DNA of 63,874 nt, counting the filler, from Chiloscyllium plagiosum (lineage: Eukaryota): the NCBI RefSeq assembly GCF_004010195.1. It is 3 parts of 2 records of this genome, joined end to end, with 100 filler letters (N's around TTAATTAATTAA, not from the genome) between each part and the next. Parts side by side here need not be neighbours in the genome. Positions count along the whole stretch, not along the records: positions 1 to 27,113 come from NC_057716.1; 2 more parts are not named here. The stretch is one strand, 5' to 3'. Position 1 is the stretch's first letter, and each line of letters opens with the position of its first letter. Below the pieces are notes generated by a model that worked only from the letters and a program-made list of their open reading frames with translations, ran no database searches and had not been told where the DNA came from. This document shows, piece after piece, positions 1 to 12,630 of the stretch. The position numbers and the translations under genes are program-made.

Positions 1-94
1 AGCTTCCTCCCTGCCTGACAGGTACATACTTATCTAGGACACTCAGGAGCTTTTCCTTGAATAAGCTCCACATTTCTAATGTGCCCATCCCCTG

Positions 95-930
95 AAATGG
101 AAGGAATATTTGAGCATCTATCGGAATAGTTTGGTCAACTTCGGGAGACAGGCTTGGTGACCAACCTAGCTAAGAGTAAGTTCGCAAAAGGCCAAGTCAT
201 GTTCCTGGGCCCGTGTCATTAGACATGGACAAATGGACCCACAGGATGTGAATTCAAAGGATATTGGAGAGTTTCCCATTTCATCAATGAGAGGGAAACA
301 TTATGATTCCTGGGACTGAGTGGCTCTTATCGGAAGATCGTACTGAACTTTTTAGCATGGTGGTTGCTTCACTACCTGATGTATTGAAAAATTGCAGAAA
401 GTTTCAGTGGACAGCGGACTGTCAGAAGACATTTGACAGCCTCAAAGCTGTGTTGGCTACTGTCCCAATGTTAGCCATACCTGTCCCAATGTTAACCATA
501 CCTGTCCCAATGTTAACCATACCTGTCCCAGTGTTAACCATACCTGTCCCAGTGTTAGCCATACCTGTCCCAATGTTAACGCAAAGCCATTCAAGGTAGC
601 TATTAATGCAAGCAATGAGGGTGTCGATGCTATACTCTTGGAAGAAGACGATGAGAAGATGGAAAGGCCTATTGGGTATTTTTCCTGAATATTGAATAAT
701 CATCAACAAAAATGATCCATGATCTAGAAGGAGACCTTGAGTTTGGTGTTGGCATTGCAACATTTCAACATTTATTTGCCAGTAATGTGTCTGAGACAAT
801 TGTATATACTGATCATAACTCCTTAAAGCTTTTGGAAATACTTAAGGATTTAAATTTCCAAACCATTTTTATTATTGACCTTACTGTTGCAGCCATCCAA
901 TGTTGCAGGACGAGAGAACATGATTGCTGA
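95..930 (+). mobile_element. Decayed Ty3/Gypsy LTR retrotransposon pol (RT end and RNase H)
   Basis: KFQWTADCQKTFDSLKAVLAT (RT thumb/connection) followed by frameshifted RNase H motifs (RPIGYF, LVLALQHF, IVYTDHN). Confidence 0.8.
460..580 (+). repeat. 21-bp tandem repeat, about 5.7 copies, inside Gypsy pol
   Basis: Unit CTGTCCCA(A/G)TGTTA(A/G)CCATAC; reads as (IPVPMLT)n in ORF 303..599. Confidence 0.95.
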
Positions 931-1415
931 TATGTTGTTGTGATTTTGATGAAGGAAGATAGAGACATTTGAATGTGAGAAAAAATTGGACTGAAATAGA
1001 CTCACATAATGAACTTTTGCATGCTTACAGTCAAAGTAATTATACATATTGTAGTGTGCTAATGGTGTACAACAAAAGTTTTTTAAAATGAGCCATCTTT
1101 CTACAGGGACGGTCTTTTTTTTAAAGGGGGGAGATGTGATGCTACTATGGCTTTAAGAGATGTATTTTGTCTTGTTTCTTTTTTGAAGGCTTTAAGGCAG
1201 ACGTACTAGCAAGTCCATCCAGACCCACTAAAGTCAACAGTTTGTGAGGCCTTAAGGTTTTTTTTCAAAGTTGGAACAATAGAACCAATCTGAATGGGTG
1301 CTGTCAAGCTCTCAAAGAACCAGGGTTTTAAGTTTATTAGATGTTCAGCGGCAGCAGCTGTTGCTGGGATCTCAGCAGGGTTTGGAAGAAGCAGTACACC
1401 TCTCCCTGCTACACT

Positions 1416-1709
1416 CTTAGATTTAGATTATTTACAGTGTGGAAACAGGCCCTTCGGCCCAACAAGTCCACACCGACCCTCCAAAATGCAACCCACCCAG
1501 AGCCATTCCTCTAGATTGACCCCTTCACCTAACAATTCAGCATGGCCAATTTACATAACCTGCACATCTTTGGACTGTGGGAGGAAACCCATGCAGACAC
1601 AGGGAGAATGTGCAAACTCCACACAAACAGTTACCTGAGGCAGCAACTGAACCTGGGTCACCTGGCGCTGTGAGGCAGCAGTGCTAACCACTGTGCCACC
1701 ATGCCGCAC
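1416..1709 (-). mobile_element. HE1-like tRNA-derived SINE
   Basis: Head GGTGGCACAGTGGTTAGCACTGCTGCCTCACAG, central V-domain-like segment, TAATC-type tail. Confidence 0.9.
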
Positions 1710-1784
1710 TCTCTCAGAGATTTCTCTTCACGGTTTTCCTCCCTGGCTTCTACAATTGCATGTGAGACAATCTGTTTTATTGAC

Positions 1785-2247
1785 TTGCCAGGGTTAGAAT
1801 ATTTGAGCTATTGGAAGAGGCTGAATAGGCTGGCGCTGTTTTCCCTGGAGCATTGGAAGCTGAGGGGTGGCCTTATAGAGGTTTATAAAATCATGAGGGG
1901 CATGGATAGGGTAAATAGACATGGTCTTTTTTCTGAGATGGGGGAGTCCAGAACTAGAGGGCATAGGTTTAGGGTGAGAGGGGAAAGATATAAAAGAGAT
2001 CTAAGGGGCAACTTTTTCATGCAGAGGGTGGTGCGTGTTTAGAATGAGCTGTCAGAGGAAGTGGTGGAGGCTGGTACAATTGAAACACTTAAAAGGCATC
2101 TGGATGGGTATATGGAAAGGAAGGGTTTGGAGGGATATGGGCCAGGTTCTAGAAAGATTAGGTTGGAATATCTGGTCAGCATGGACAGGTTGGACTGAAG
2201 GGTCTGTTTCCATGCTGTACATCTCTATGACTCTCTGACTCTATGAC
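1785..2247 (+). mobile_element. CR1/HER1 LINE 3' fragment
   Basis: LFSLEHWKLRGGLIEVYKIMRG...TRGHRFRVRG...RGNFF; CTATGACT-type tail. Confidence 0.9.
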
Positions 2248-3002
2248 TTTGCTTTTGCCAAGGATGTATTTATGGGACGTTATTATTTTAGAACAGTTAC
2301 TGTTTAGTAATAAAATAATCTATTATTCTGTTCAGTTTTCCAATGGAGTTAGGTTACTCTAATTTCATTGATCTTTTGTTGTATTTGAACTATAGTATAT
2401 GAATAAAGTGTGTTTTGCTTCAAATCTGGTAGCTTGACCAATGGAATTGCATCTGGAATGCATGCCTGGCACTTGCCTTTTAAAATAAGAAAATGTTCGG
2501 TCTAGCCCATCTTCATAATATATTTTGAGGGGGGGGGGGGTGAGGGGCTGGTCTGGTTTGCTCCATAACAACAAGATTTTTCTATTTTTATACTTTATTC
2601 CCTTTGTCTACTCAATTTGTTTCCATATTACCCATTGAATCTGTATGCTAGTTTTATGATTCATGGATGATGACTCGAAAACCCTTCTATGCTTCAGCAT
2701 TCTGCAGTCTTTCTCCATTTAAATTATATTTAGCTCCTCTATCCTTCCTGCAAAAATGTAGAACCTTACATTCCCCCTATCGTATTCCATCTGCCAAGAC
2801 TTTGCCCTCTTGCTTAACCTGTCTATATCTTTCTGCAGACCCGTGTCACCTTCACCATTTGCCTTCCCAACTATCATTGTGTCGGAAGACAAACTGGTGA
2901 GAGTAGCATGAATCACAAAACACAGGCACAGCAAATAATTAAAACTAATGGGATCTTTATCTTGTATTATGAGAGCAATTGAATATAAAAGTAAGCATGT
3001 CA

Positions 3003-3318
3003 AGATTAGAATGGTGTTGGAAAAGCATAGCAGGCCAGGCAGCATCCGAGGAGCAGGAAAATTGACGTTTCGGGCAAAAGCCCTTCATCAGGAATGGGCA
3101 GAGGAGATGACCTGGGGGTTGCAGTGAGAGAGAGACTCACTGAGATCCTTGTAGAGAGTGGAGGAGAACTTCAAGGTAGGCATCGTTGCAAGAGGATTCG
3201 TAGTAAGGTTAAAATCAACTCGGCAAAAGTGAGGACTGCAGATGCTGGAGATCAGAGTCTAGATTAGAGTGATGCTGGAGAAATACAGCAGGTCGGGCAG
3301 CATCCGAGGAGCAGGATT
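3003..3318 (-). mobile_element. Penelope-like pseudo-LTR fragments in tandem, with hammerhead motif
   Basis: Two copies of the GAAAAG...CAGGCAGCATCCGAGGAGCAGG segment; - strand reads CTGATGAAGGGCTTTTGCCCGAAACGTC at about 3064-3091. Confidence 0.7.
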
Positions 3319-4029
3319 TTTGTAACTAAATTTTGTGTTTCAGATGTACAGAACATTAGTGGGACCACATCTCAGATGCTGTGTGCTGTTTTGAGCTGCT
3401 CATTTCAGGTAAGCTGCAAATGGGTTGAAGATGATTCAAAGGAGATTTACTGAATTGAAACCTGGAATGAGTGTGTTGTCTCATCAGGAGAGATTGGACT
3501 TGGTTCCACTGACTTGAAGGGTAAGTGGAGATTTGATTGAAGTGTGTAAGATTCTGAGTAGTTTTGACAAGGTGGATGTAGAAATGACATGTCCCCGTGT
3601 GGGTGAGTATGGGCAGGGAGCACTGTACATACATTATGGATCATCCTTTTGTGGCAGAAACGAGGAGCTGTTTTTCCGGTTCAGAAGGCTGTGCAAATTT
3701 GGGAACTCTGCTCCAGAATGAGGTGATGGAGGGTACGGGGTTGGGGGGGAGGGGTTGCTTGGATGAGGAGGTGAGTGGGACTATTTCTCAGGCAGTGGTA
3801 CTTAGATTCCCATTAGAACCAACAGATCAGTGAGGGCCAGAGTTAGCTTGAGGGGCTGATTCACTTCTCCACCTAATTTGTACGTTAATGTATTAATAAT
3901 ATTGATTACTCCCTGCTTGAGTTATCACATGCTGATTCCAACTCCATACATGCCTCCAGCGCTTTGAAGCTATTGGGTATTCACAAGGCATGAGTCAGCA
4001 AAATGCAGCTAAACTGGGACTCATTGGGA

Positions 4030-4581
4030 GAAAGTGAGGACTGCAGATGCTGGAGATCAGAGCTTAAAAATGTGTTGCTGGAAAAGCGCAGCGGGTCAGG
4101 CAGCATCCAATGAACAGGAGAATCGACGTTTCGGGCATACGCCCTTCTTCAGGAATGAGTAGGCTAAGATAAAAGGTAGGGAGGAGGGACTTGGGGGAAG
4201 GGCATTGGGAATACGATAGGTGGAAGGAGGTTAAGGTGAAGGTGATAGGCCGGAGAGGGGGTGGGGGTGGAGAGGTCAGGAAGAAGATTGCATGGCAACA
4301 CGATGCCTGGAGGAAGAGCGCCTCATCTTCTGCCTAGGAACCCTCCAACCACAAGGGATGAATGCAGATTTCTCCAGCTTTCTCATTTCCCCTCCCCCCA
4401 CCTTATCTCAGTCCCAACCCTCACACTCAGCACCGCCTTCTTGACCTGCAATCTTCTTCCCGATCTCTCCGGCCCCACCCCCTCTCCAGCCTATCACCCT
4501 CACCTTAACCTCCTTCCACCTACCGCATTCCCAACGCCCCTCCCCCAAGTCCCTCCTCCCTGCCTTTTATCTTAGTCTGCT
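4030..4581. mobile_element. Penelope-like element fragment with internal inversion and 15-bp TSD
   Basis: TSD TGGGACTCATTGGGA at 4015-4029 and 4582-4596; encodes the endonuclease C-terminus LEEERLIFCLGTLQPQGMNADFSSF; arms are inverted. Confidence 0.8.
4123..4152 (-). ncRNA. Minimal type I hammerhead ribozyme motif (Penelope-associated)
   Basis: CTGAAGA-A-GGGC(GTAT)GCCC-GAAA-C-GTC: conserved core, 4-bp stem II, palindromic ACGT stem III, GUC site. Confidence 0.6.
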
Positions 4582-4766
4582 TGGGACTCATTGGGAACAG
4601 TTTGCAAATGTATTATGAGGCAGTCCAGCATTCACAACACCTTCTTGCATTCACACACTATTCTTAGGTGGAAAAGCAAATGTGTGTCTCAAACTGGCCT
4701 ACTTTTGTGAAATGGACAGGAAGACGTCATTCTGCAATATCGAGTTCATCACAGATTATCTGGTAC

Positions 4767-5680
4767 TCAGAGCTTAAATATTTTAACAAATAGGTTCACA
4801 GGATACTTAATTCCTTTCTTTAACTCACCTCTGAACTTTTTCTGGGTCCCTGCATAAATAAATGGATTGATGCAAGAACTCAGTAACTGAAGCACATGTC
4901 CAATTTGTTGGAGAAAATATGAAGTGGAATTGCTGGAATCATAACCTGCAGAATAAGTGAGATCTGCAATTCGGGCATAGACGGTCGACATAAAAAATAA
5001 CAAGTACAACAGGATGAAGCTGCCCGAGATGGCAAAGAGTAAAACAATGGATGTTCTCCGCTTCTCCATTTCTGGGTCACTCTGTTTCTCTCCGTTGTTC
5101 TGGGTCCGGAGTCTCCTGCGGGCTTTATTTGCTGCTAGAATGTGTTGGACGGTCAGAGCATTGAGCAGTAGAATCAGGATAAATGGGAGACAGGGAGTCA
5201 AAATGATCCGAATCCAGTCATAAGCAGCCCATTCTGGTGAGTTATAAAACATTGCTTTTACACCACAGAACCAGGCTACATTGTTCACTACGTACATGGG
5301 TTCATACACCAAATACATAAAGGTATTTTTCACACCAATCACTGCGGAAATGAATACTGTAACCCGTGCTGCCGTCTTCACGGTGCAGTATGTTATCTTC
5401 AGCTTCTGGCAAGAAATGGCCACAAAACGATCAAAGGTGAAAGCGAAAGTTAACCAGGCAGAAATGTCAATGGCAGCAAAATTCAAAGCTGCACGGATGC
5501 TGCATATTGAAGTCATAGAGAAGAAGCTGAATGGGAAATAAATCCCAACAATTCGGTTTAATATTACAACGGTGACCATGATTAGTAAGTCTGTCACTGC
5601 CATGGCCAACAGGTAGAAAAGGATGCATCTTGAGAGACCACATGTTCTACGAGACAAGATCACAATCACTGCCAAGTTTG
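4767..5680 (-). CDS. Class A GPCR of the GPR139/GPR142-like family, coding exon 2 (end of TM1 to stop)
   Basis: Pyrimidine tract and TTGCAG acceptor before 5680; (A)NLAVIVILSR, YLLAMAVTDLL, TFDRFVAIS, TM7 INPFIY; open to the stop codon. Confidence 0.92.
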
Positions 5681-6435
5681 CTGCAACAGGGGGAGGAAGA
5701 GAGAAAAGGCAAAGGCACATTACTAGTTTGTCTCCAACAAAATTATCTATTTTACAGGCTTCTGTGTGAAATTTGAACTTTTGAAACATGATATCAAATG
5801 AGAATGTATGCTTGTGTTAATGATAATTGTTTACTGAGCTTAAAGTAATCCTCCAATTAAAAATAAAGCATTTAAATGTCATAACAACTAAATACAATTC
5901 AACAAGACTTAACAAAGGATACCATTGAAAACAACAAGAAAAAATTGAGTACCCACTGATGGATAGGAAAGATTTAGAAGAATATGGGCCAAGTGCAGGG
6001 AGATGGTGTTAGTGTGGATGGACATTTTGGTCAGCATGGACCAGTTTGGGCCAAAGGACCTGTCTCTGTGCTGAAGGACTCTATGATTCTATGTTTCTAA
6101 GAAAGAATTACATCAGCAAAGGAACATAAGAAAACTTTAAAGTATGTTAAAAGCAAAAAGGCCAACATTGAGTGTGAAAACTGACAAGAACAAGGGTTGC
6201 ATGTTGCTGAACATGTGGAGCTTTACAATCAAACTATTCTCAATTGGAAAAACTGGCAATCTAACTGCTGGAAAGCTCCTCAAACAGAGAGAGGTCTGTG
6301 CCTTTACTGAAAAAATTATAGGCAATGCTCAGTGGAGGATCCCAAGCCTCTCACTTGATAACACCTGGTTCATAACACACTTGAACAAGGTGAATAGAAA
6401 TATCTAGATCTGTCAGTAATTGGTTACCTCCTGTT

Positions 6436-6748
6436 GGGCGGCACGGCGGCACAGTGCTGCTGCCTCACAGCGCCAGAGACCCGGGTTCAGTTCCCGCCTC
6501 AGGCGACTGACTGTGTGGAGTTTGCACATTCTCCCCGTCTCTGCGTGGGTTTCCTCCGGGTGCTCCGGTTTCCTCCCACAGTCCAAAGATGTGCAGGTCA
6601 GGTGAATTGACCATGCTAAATTGCCCTTAGTGTTAGGTTTGGGGTAAATGTAGGGGTCTGGGTGGGTTGCTCTTCGGAGAGTCAGTGTGGACTTGTTGGG
6701 CCGAAGGGCCTGTTTCCACACTGTAATGTAATCAAATCTAATCTAATC
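6436..6748 (+). mobile_element. HE1-like SINE in the GPCR intron
   Basis: tRNA-like head, central domain, (CTAAT)n tail. Confidence 0.9.
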
Positions 6749-7460
6749 GAATCGTTCAATCCTCACCAGCATTTGATTCATTGGTGGTAATTATTCAGTC
6801 CCTGGAAGATTCAGGGCACAATATGATCCACTATTCCAATATAAGAAGTCACCCTCAGCAATCGGATCAAAAACACGTGAAACTTTCACATACACCGTGA
6901 TAGCAGTGTGAGAGCTCACTCATAGAAACAGTTCCCATGCTGCTACAGCGACATCAATGATCTCCTTGGCAGACTGCTCATTACAGTATTGTCCAATACA
7001 GAGTGGAACTGCATTGACATGGAATATAAGAGCAAGCTGCAGTCCCAATGCTAACAGCACAATATTGAACTACGTTTACATCCTGACTTCGCCAACATAA
7101 AATAGGGGAAAGAAAACATTACCTCACAGTACCTGTCGCAGGAAGATAGAACCCTATTAAGTGCAATGCATTCGAGGGAAGATAAAGAAACCATGGTAGG
7201 AAATGCATGAACTTACAACGTTAAAAGTAGGAAATAAGAGCATTGACAGTGTGAAATTTAGGTCAAGGATGGAAAACAATCATAATGTTAAAAATAGCAA
7301 CTCAATACAATTACAGAGCACAAGAGGAGCAATCATTTCAGTGTGAAAAATCACAATATATTACTGAATGGGAGATCGGTCTCCTGTTAAATAGGATGTG
7401 CTGGTAAAATGGGAGAATTCCTGTTGCTCACTATTGAATCACTCGGATTCAATACTTTAC

Positions 7461-7530
7461 CTGGAGCTCCGATTGCTGCAATGATTGGATAGTAAATGGC
7501 AAAGACCAGACCTCTTGGTATCCCATGCAT
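7461..7530 (-). CDS. GPR139-like GPCR coding exon 1 (MHGIPRGLVFAIYYPIIAAIGAP)
   Basis: ATG at 7530; 70 nt ending CAG|GTAAAG; the phase-1 join to 5680 gives ...IGAPANLAVIVIL, a complete TM1, and a 327-aa protein. Confidence 0.88.
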
Positions 7531-7581
7531 TTCGGAAAGAGATGCTCAACTCATTTTGCCAGTCACTGGAAAATGGTCACA

Positions 7582-7588
7582 TTTATAT
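7582..7588 (-). promoter_or_regulatory. Candidate TATA box of the GPCR gene
   Basis: CATATAAAT on the - strand about 52 nt upstream of the ATG; position only, no functional data. Confidence 0.45.
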
Positions 7589-7779
7589 GAGAGGCCATGC
7601 TCCAGGGAGATCATTAAATGATTTGATCTTATTTGTTTACTACATCTGCACACAGTGCAGCCCTTATGTTTAATTTAAAAATAAAGTTTGCTTCTCCTGC
7701 AGTCTGACAAATTGCATCGGGGGTGAACCTATTGATTACACTGCAGTCCTTTCTTATTTCAAAGATATATGTTATTCAT

Positions 7780-8225
7780 TTTTAAAAAATCATTATATAC
7801 ATGGTCACATATGAAGTTCAGATCTGTACAGTAGCAAATGAAGAAACAAGCAAACAGTGGAGTTTGACTCTATCCAACAAACAAACCAAAGGCATCTCTT
7901 ACTTGTATAAGATGATATTTACATATATTTGAGGGACCAGAAGCATCCGATAATTGAACAGACTGCCATTTAACTTTGACAGAAAGACCTCAGATGATCT
8001 TTCTCCACTGCGTCTTGGTGGCAGCTTCCTCCAGCCCATCCATCAGCACATAGTCCTGAACCTTGGAATGTGCCAGTCTGCAACACTCTGTGAAGGTCAA
8101 CTCCTTGTTCTGGAAAACCTGCAGGTTTCAGGCAGGCCAAAAAGTGTCTTCCACCAAGTTGATGGTCCTCCGGTGCAGTCGATATCTGTCTTGGTGTGGG
8201 TCCTGGGGAGCAAACAGTAGACACT
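7780..8225 (-). mobile_element. Tx1/L1-clade LINE 3' end
   Basis: Degenerate LFPRTHTKTDIDC..RTINLVEDTFWPA.NLQVFQNKELTFTECCRLAHSKVQDYVL, resembling a Tx1 ORF2 C-terminus. Confidence 0.65.
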
Positions 8226-8356
8226 GCAGTCTGTGCTCAGAAAAATGCAGTCGAAATCTAGGTGCTGGCCATCATACAGTCAATTTGGTCACACATCTGG
8301 CTCAAAGTTGTGGCAAATCTCATTCAAACTTTAACACAGCCTCAGCATTGTTACAG

Positions 8357-9322
8357 GGCAAAAGTGAGGACTGCAGATGCTGGAACCCAGAGTTTAGATC
8401 AGAGTGGTGCTGGAAAAGCACAGCAGGTCAGGCCTCATCCGAGGAGCAGGAAAATCGATGTTTCGGGCAAAAGCCCTTCATCAGGAATAGAGGCAGGAAG
8501 CCTCCAGGGTGGAGAGATTAATGGGGGTGGGGCTGGGGAGAAGGTTGCAAAAAGTGCAATAGGTGAATGAGGTTGGGGATGGAGGTGATAGATCAGAGAG
8601 GAGGGTGGGGGAATGTAGCAAAGATTGCAATGGTGAATGGGGTGGGGACGGAGGTGATAGGTCCGAGAGGAGGGTGGAGCAGGTAGGTGGGAAGGGAGAT
8701 TGGCAGGTAAGACAGGTCATGGGGACGATGCTGAGTTGGAAGGTTGGGACTGAGGTAAGGTTGGGGGAGGGGAAATGAGGAAAGTTGTGAAATCCACACT
8801 ATTGGCCTGAGGTTGAAGTGTTCCGAGGCGAGTGATGAGGCGTTCTTCCTACAGGCGTCGGGTGGTGAGGGAGCGGCGGTGGAGGAAGCCCAGGACCTCC
8901 ATGTCCTCGGCAGAGTGGGAGAGGGAGTTGAAATGTTGGACCACGGGGCGGTGGAGTTGATTTGTGCGGGTGTCCCGGAGATGTTCCCTAAAGCTCACTG
9001 CTTGGAGGCGTCCAGCCTCCCCAATGTAGAGGAGACCGCATCGGGAGCAACGGATACAATAAATGACATGCGTTGATGTGCAGGTGACACTTTGATGGAT
9101 GTGGAAGGCTCCTTTGGGGCCTTGGATGGTGGTGAGGGAGGAGGTGTGGTCGCAGGTTTTGCAGTTCCTGCTGTTTGCTCAATTGGTTGTAGTCCTACTA
9201 TATCTGGGGACATGAGTATCTCACTGGACCTGATGAAGGGCTTTTGCCCGAAATGTTGATTTTCCTGCTCCTCGGACGCTGCCTGACCTGCTGTGCTTTT
9301 CCAGGACCACTCTGATCTAAAC
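8357..9322 (-). mobile_element. Penelope-like retroelement: GIY-YIG endonuclease region with inverted pseudo-LTRs and TSD
   Basis: TCTSTHVIYCIRCSRCGLLYIGEAGR...FREHL...HFN...TRRL*EERLI; TSD GCATTGTTACAG at 8345-8356 and 9328-9339. Confidence 0.85.
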
Positions 9323-9449
9323 CCTTGGCATTGTTACAGTCAGTCTGTACAACGTTACAAGAGTGTAAATCCCCCGAACGTCCATCACATTAATTCCAGT
9401 ACAGTCCCGTAGTGCCTGGGACTGATTGGTTGCCTCCAACGTGAGTGAA

Positions 9450-9640
9450 TGCAAAATGCCTCTAATGCTGGAAATCTGGAACAAGCCAAGTTTGCTGGGG
9501 AAACTCAGCAGGTCTTGGCAGCATCTGTGGAAGTTCTGAAGAAGGGTTATCACACAGGACTCGAAACATTAACTCTGCTTATCTGTCCACAAGTGTTCCC
9601 AGACCTGCTGAGTTTGTCCAGCAATTAAAGTGCTTGCTTT
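9450..9640. mobile_element. Older fold-back Penelope-like pseudo-LTR remnant
   Basis: Imperfect inverted arms (GCTGGGGAAACTCAGCAGGTCT / AGACCTGCTGAGTTTGTCCAGC) around CTGAAGAAGGG...CTCGAAAC. Confidence 0.55.
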
Positions 9641-10774
9641 GACTAAAATTGTTCTGGGGTATTTCACCACAATTATATCCAGTACAGACAGATCCAAGGC
9701 CAGTTCAAAGCGCTTATATCCAGTGGGGGGAGTGGTAATTAGATCTGGACACAGAGTCAGTACAGTGCGGATTTGGACAGATTTGGTATCTGTGGATTTG
9801 TACAGATCCTGTTCAGCATGCATTTGAACAGATCTGGTTCAGTGTGGACTTGGATAGATCAGCATGGTCACAATTCATGCAGGCATGACCAGTTTAGAAA
9901 ATATTGACCAATGGTTTACTCTCGGTCTCTGGAGATCCAGTTCTGCTCAGTTACATTTGGACCAAATCCTATCCAATGCAATGTGGACAGTATCTGCTGA
10001 ACACAACGTGATACCAAAAGTATGAACTTGAAGAATAAAATGCTAGATGTTCTCTGCAGCTACATCAGTGCCTGTTGCCAATGGGGCATTCAGTGTACTC
10101 AGGATATGGTTTCACTGCAGGAGTATCTACTCCGATCTGTTTTGTGAACCAGCCCATTAAAGTTTCAATAATTGGGAACGTGGCTAGATGAAGTGTGTAC
10201 GTGACTTATGTGTGAGGAGCAGCTTGCAGTATCTGAATTGCTGTGGGACTGGGATTTGAATCCAGCCTCAGGAGAGTAAACATTGCAAGGTCCCTGCAGA
10301 GGTGAGCACGTTGGCCTCTTCCCCCTGCACAGTTGGACAGGATGAGTTCGGTGGAAGCCATTTCAATGATGAATGAGTGGACAATTGCCTGAGGAGAGTC
10401 AACATGATCCATGGTGCACAGGGGACTGTGAAACTCCCAAAAATGAGACTTTGTCAAAAAGAAAATGGGAAAATGCAGCCCTGACTGTCTGCATCCTAAG
10501 CAGGGTATAGCACTACCAAGTGTGACCATGCTGGGCCATGCTGCAAAGTACACCACTCCACATTGATGACCATACCACTGACCTCAATAAGTCCACACTG
10601 AATGTATCTAAAGAAGCATTGAGTCAACACATGCTGAATTAGACCTATTGATCCACAGATAGTTAGGTGTCTCAGTGAGATTTTGGAACCACATTGCAAT
10701 TAATGAGTGTCCACATGGACAGTCATGTTAGAATTGCAAGCTAGAATTGGGATCACTCTGCAGTGTCTGGGTAT

Positions 10775-11102
10775 TTTTTTATTCATTCATGGGATGAGGG
10801 TGTTGCTGGCCAAGCCAGTATTTATTGCCCAGAGGGCAGTTAAGAGTTAATTACATTGCTGTGGGTCTGGAGTCACATGTAGGCCAAGCCAGGTAAGGAT
10901 GGCAGATTACTTCCTTAAAGGGCATTAGTGAACCAGATGGGTTTTCCAACAATCAATTCATGGTCATCATTAGACTCTTAATTCCAGATTTTACAGAGTT
11001 CAAATTACACCATCTGCAGGATTCGAACCCAGGTCCCCAGAACATTACCTGGGTCTCTAGATTAACAGTTTACCGATAATGCTACTAAGCCATTGCCTCC
11101 CC
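10775..11102 (-). mobile_element. SacSINE1-like DeuSINE
   Basis: tRNA-like head, Deu-domain-like centre (TGGTTCACTAATGCCCTTTAAGGAAG), tail GGGCAATAAATACTGG...CATCCCATGAATGAAT shared with the LINE ending at about 15378. Confidence 0.7.
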
Positions 11103-12630
11103 TTTCACTTTGTCAAATAAACGCCAATGCAGCGGCAGCATTAACCTGTGCATTGCAATAACTTTAATTAAAGTGGAATTTCAAACTAATTATCTCCCGA
11201 GAGCCTGGTATGATGTAGAAATGTGACCATGTTCCAGTGAATCAAAAAATGCATTCAGAACCTCTGATAGAAATGGACCGAGTAGCAGCAGGTGTGCTGT
11301 TTGTTATTTACTAACTCGTCTTTGCAGCTACTGGGGATTCATGTGTAATGTTGAAGATAGCAGCTGTCTGGATTATTGGTTCTCCCGTAGCACTTCTCTA
11401 TGTTAGAGATACCTCTCTCTCCCATTTCATGGGAATTATTTTTTCCTTTCACTAGTGTAATAGATGTGAATGCATTGGAGAGAGAGCAGATGAAGTTTAC
11501 AAGAATGGTTCCAGACACGAGAAACTTTGGTTACGAGGGTAGGTTGGAGAAGTTGGGACTGTTCTCCTGGGTGAGGAGAAGGTGAAGAAGAGATTTGAGA
11601 GAAATTTTCAACATCACGAGGAGTCTGAACAGAGATGACAAGAGGAACCTGTTCCCACTCATAAAAGGTTTGAGAACCAGGGGACAAAGAAGCAAAATGT
11701 GAGTTACGCAGTGAGTAGTTCGGGTATGAAACGAACTGCCTGGAGGTGTAGTGGAGGCACGTCCAATTGAGGCATTCAAGACGACATTGGATAATTATTT
11801 AAATTGAAACCTTGCGCAGGGTGATGGGGAAATGGCAGGAAATTGGCACTGCCAGAATGCTCAGAGCCAATGCAGATATGATAAGCTGAGCGACCTCTTC
11901 CTGTACTGTAACAATGCCATGATTCTGTGAAGTTTTGTTGTGTCACTGGGACTGTTTCTGCAGGTGAGTCATTGGGAGTATGGTCTGGTTGAAGATTTAG
12001 CAGGAGAAAGTGAGGACTGCAGATATTGGAGATCAGAGCTGAAAATGTTTTGCTGGAGAAGCGCAGCAGGTCAGGCAGCGTCAAAGGAACAGGAGAATCA
12101 ATAATTCGGGCAAGATTTACCCTGTTATTGACTTTGTTAGCAACAGAATAACTACCAGTAATGATTGGTTAACCGAGAGCATTGGGGCATTAAATTATTC
12201 CCAACTGAACTGAATGAATTAATTTATGGTGCAATTATTTGGCAGCAAGATGTTGACATGGAAGAAATGTTAGAATTATTATTTAATACATTTTTTGTAT
12301 TTTCTGAGTGTTTAACATTCACTGCTTCAGCTCCACTCTCCTCTTCAATAGGAGCTGCTCAAATAGTTTGAAATTGATGACTATATTGTTCATCAAATAG
12401 AAAGCATGAATGGAGGTTTTATTTGCCAACAAGAAACAGAGTATTGTGATGTGAGGCGTGTGATTCAGCTATAATTTAATAGCATTTATTTTGGATATTT
12501 TAGTTTTGAACGAGTGGCATTTTTTGTGAGTCTGAATGGGTTTCATGTTCAACTTGTAGATATGTCTGCAACAATGCTGCTTTATTTTAATACAACATTG
12601 TGAGAGAGTTCAGGGAGGCTAATAGGAATT

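Larger units (their letters stand above)
1135..2570 (+). mobile_element. Probable 3' LTR of the Gypsy element, interrupted by a SINE and a CR1 fragment
   Basis: Polypurine tract AAAGGGGGGAGA immediately before TG at 1135; AATAAA near 2402; ends ...CATAACA at 2570. Confidence 0.55.

Noticed and set aside
5681..5789. N-terminal about 36 aa of the 340-aa GPCR ORF
   Set aside because: Translated intron and pyrimidine tract; the exon at 7461-7530 supplies a better TM1.
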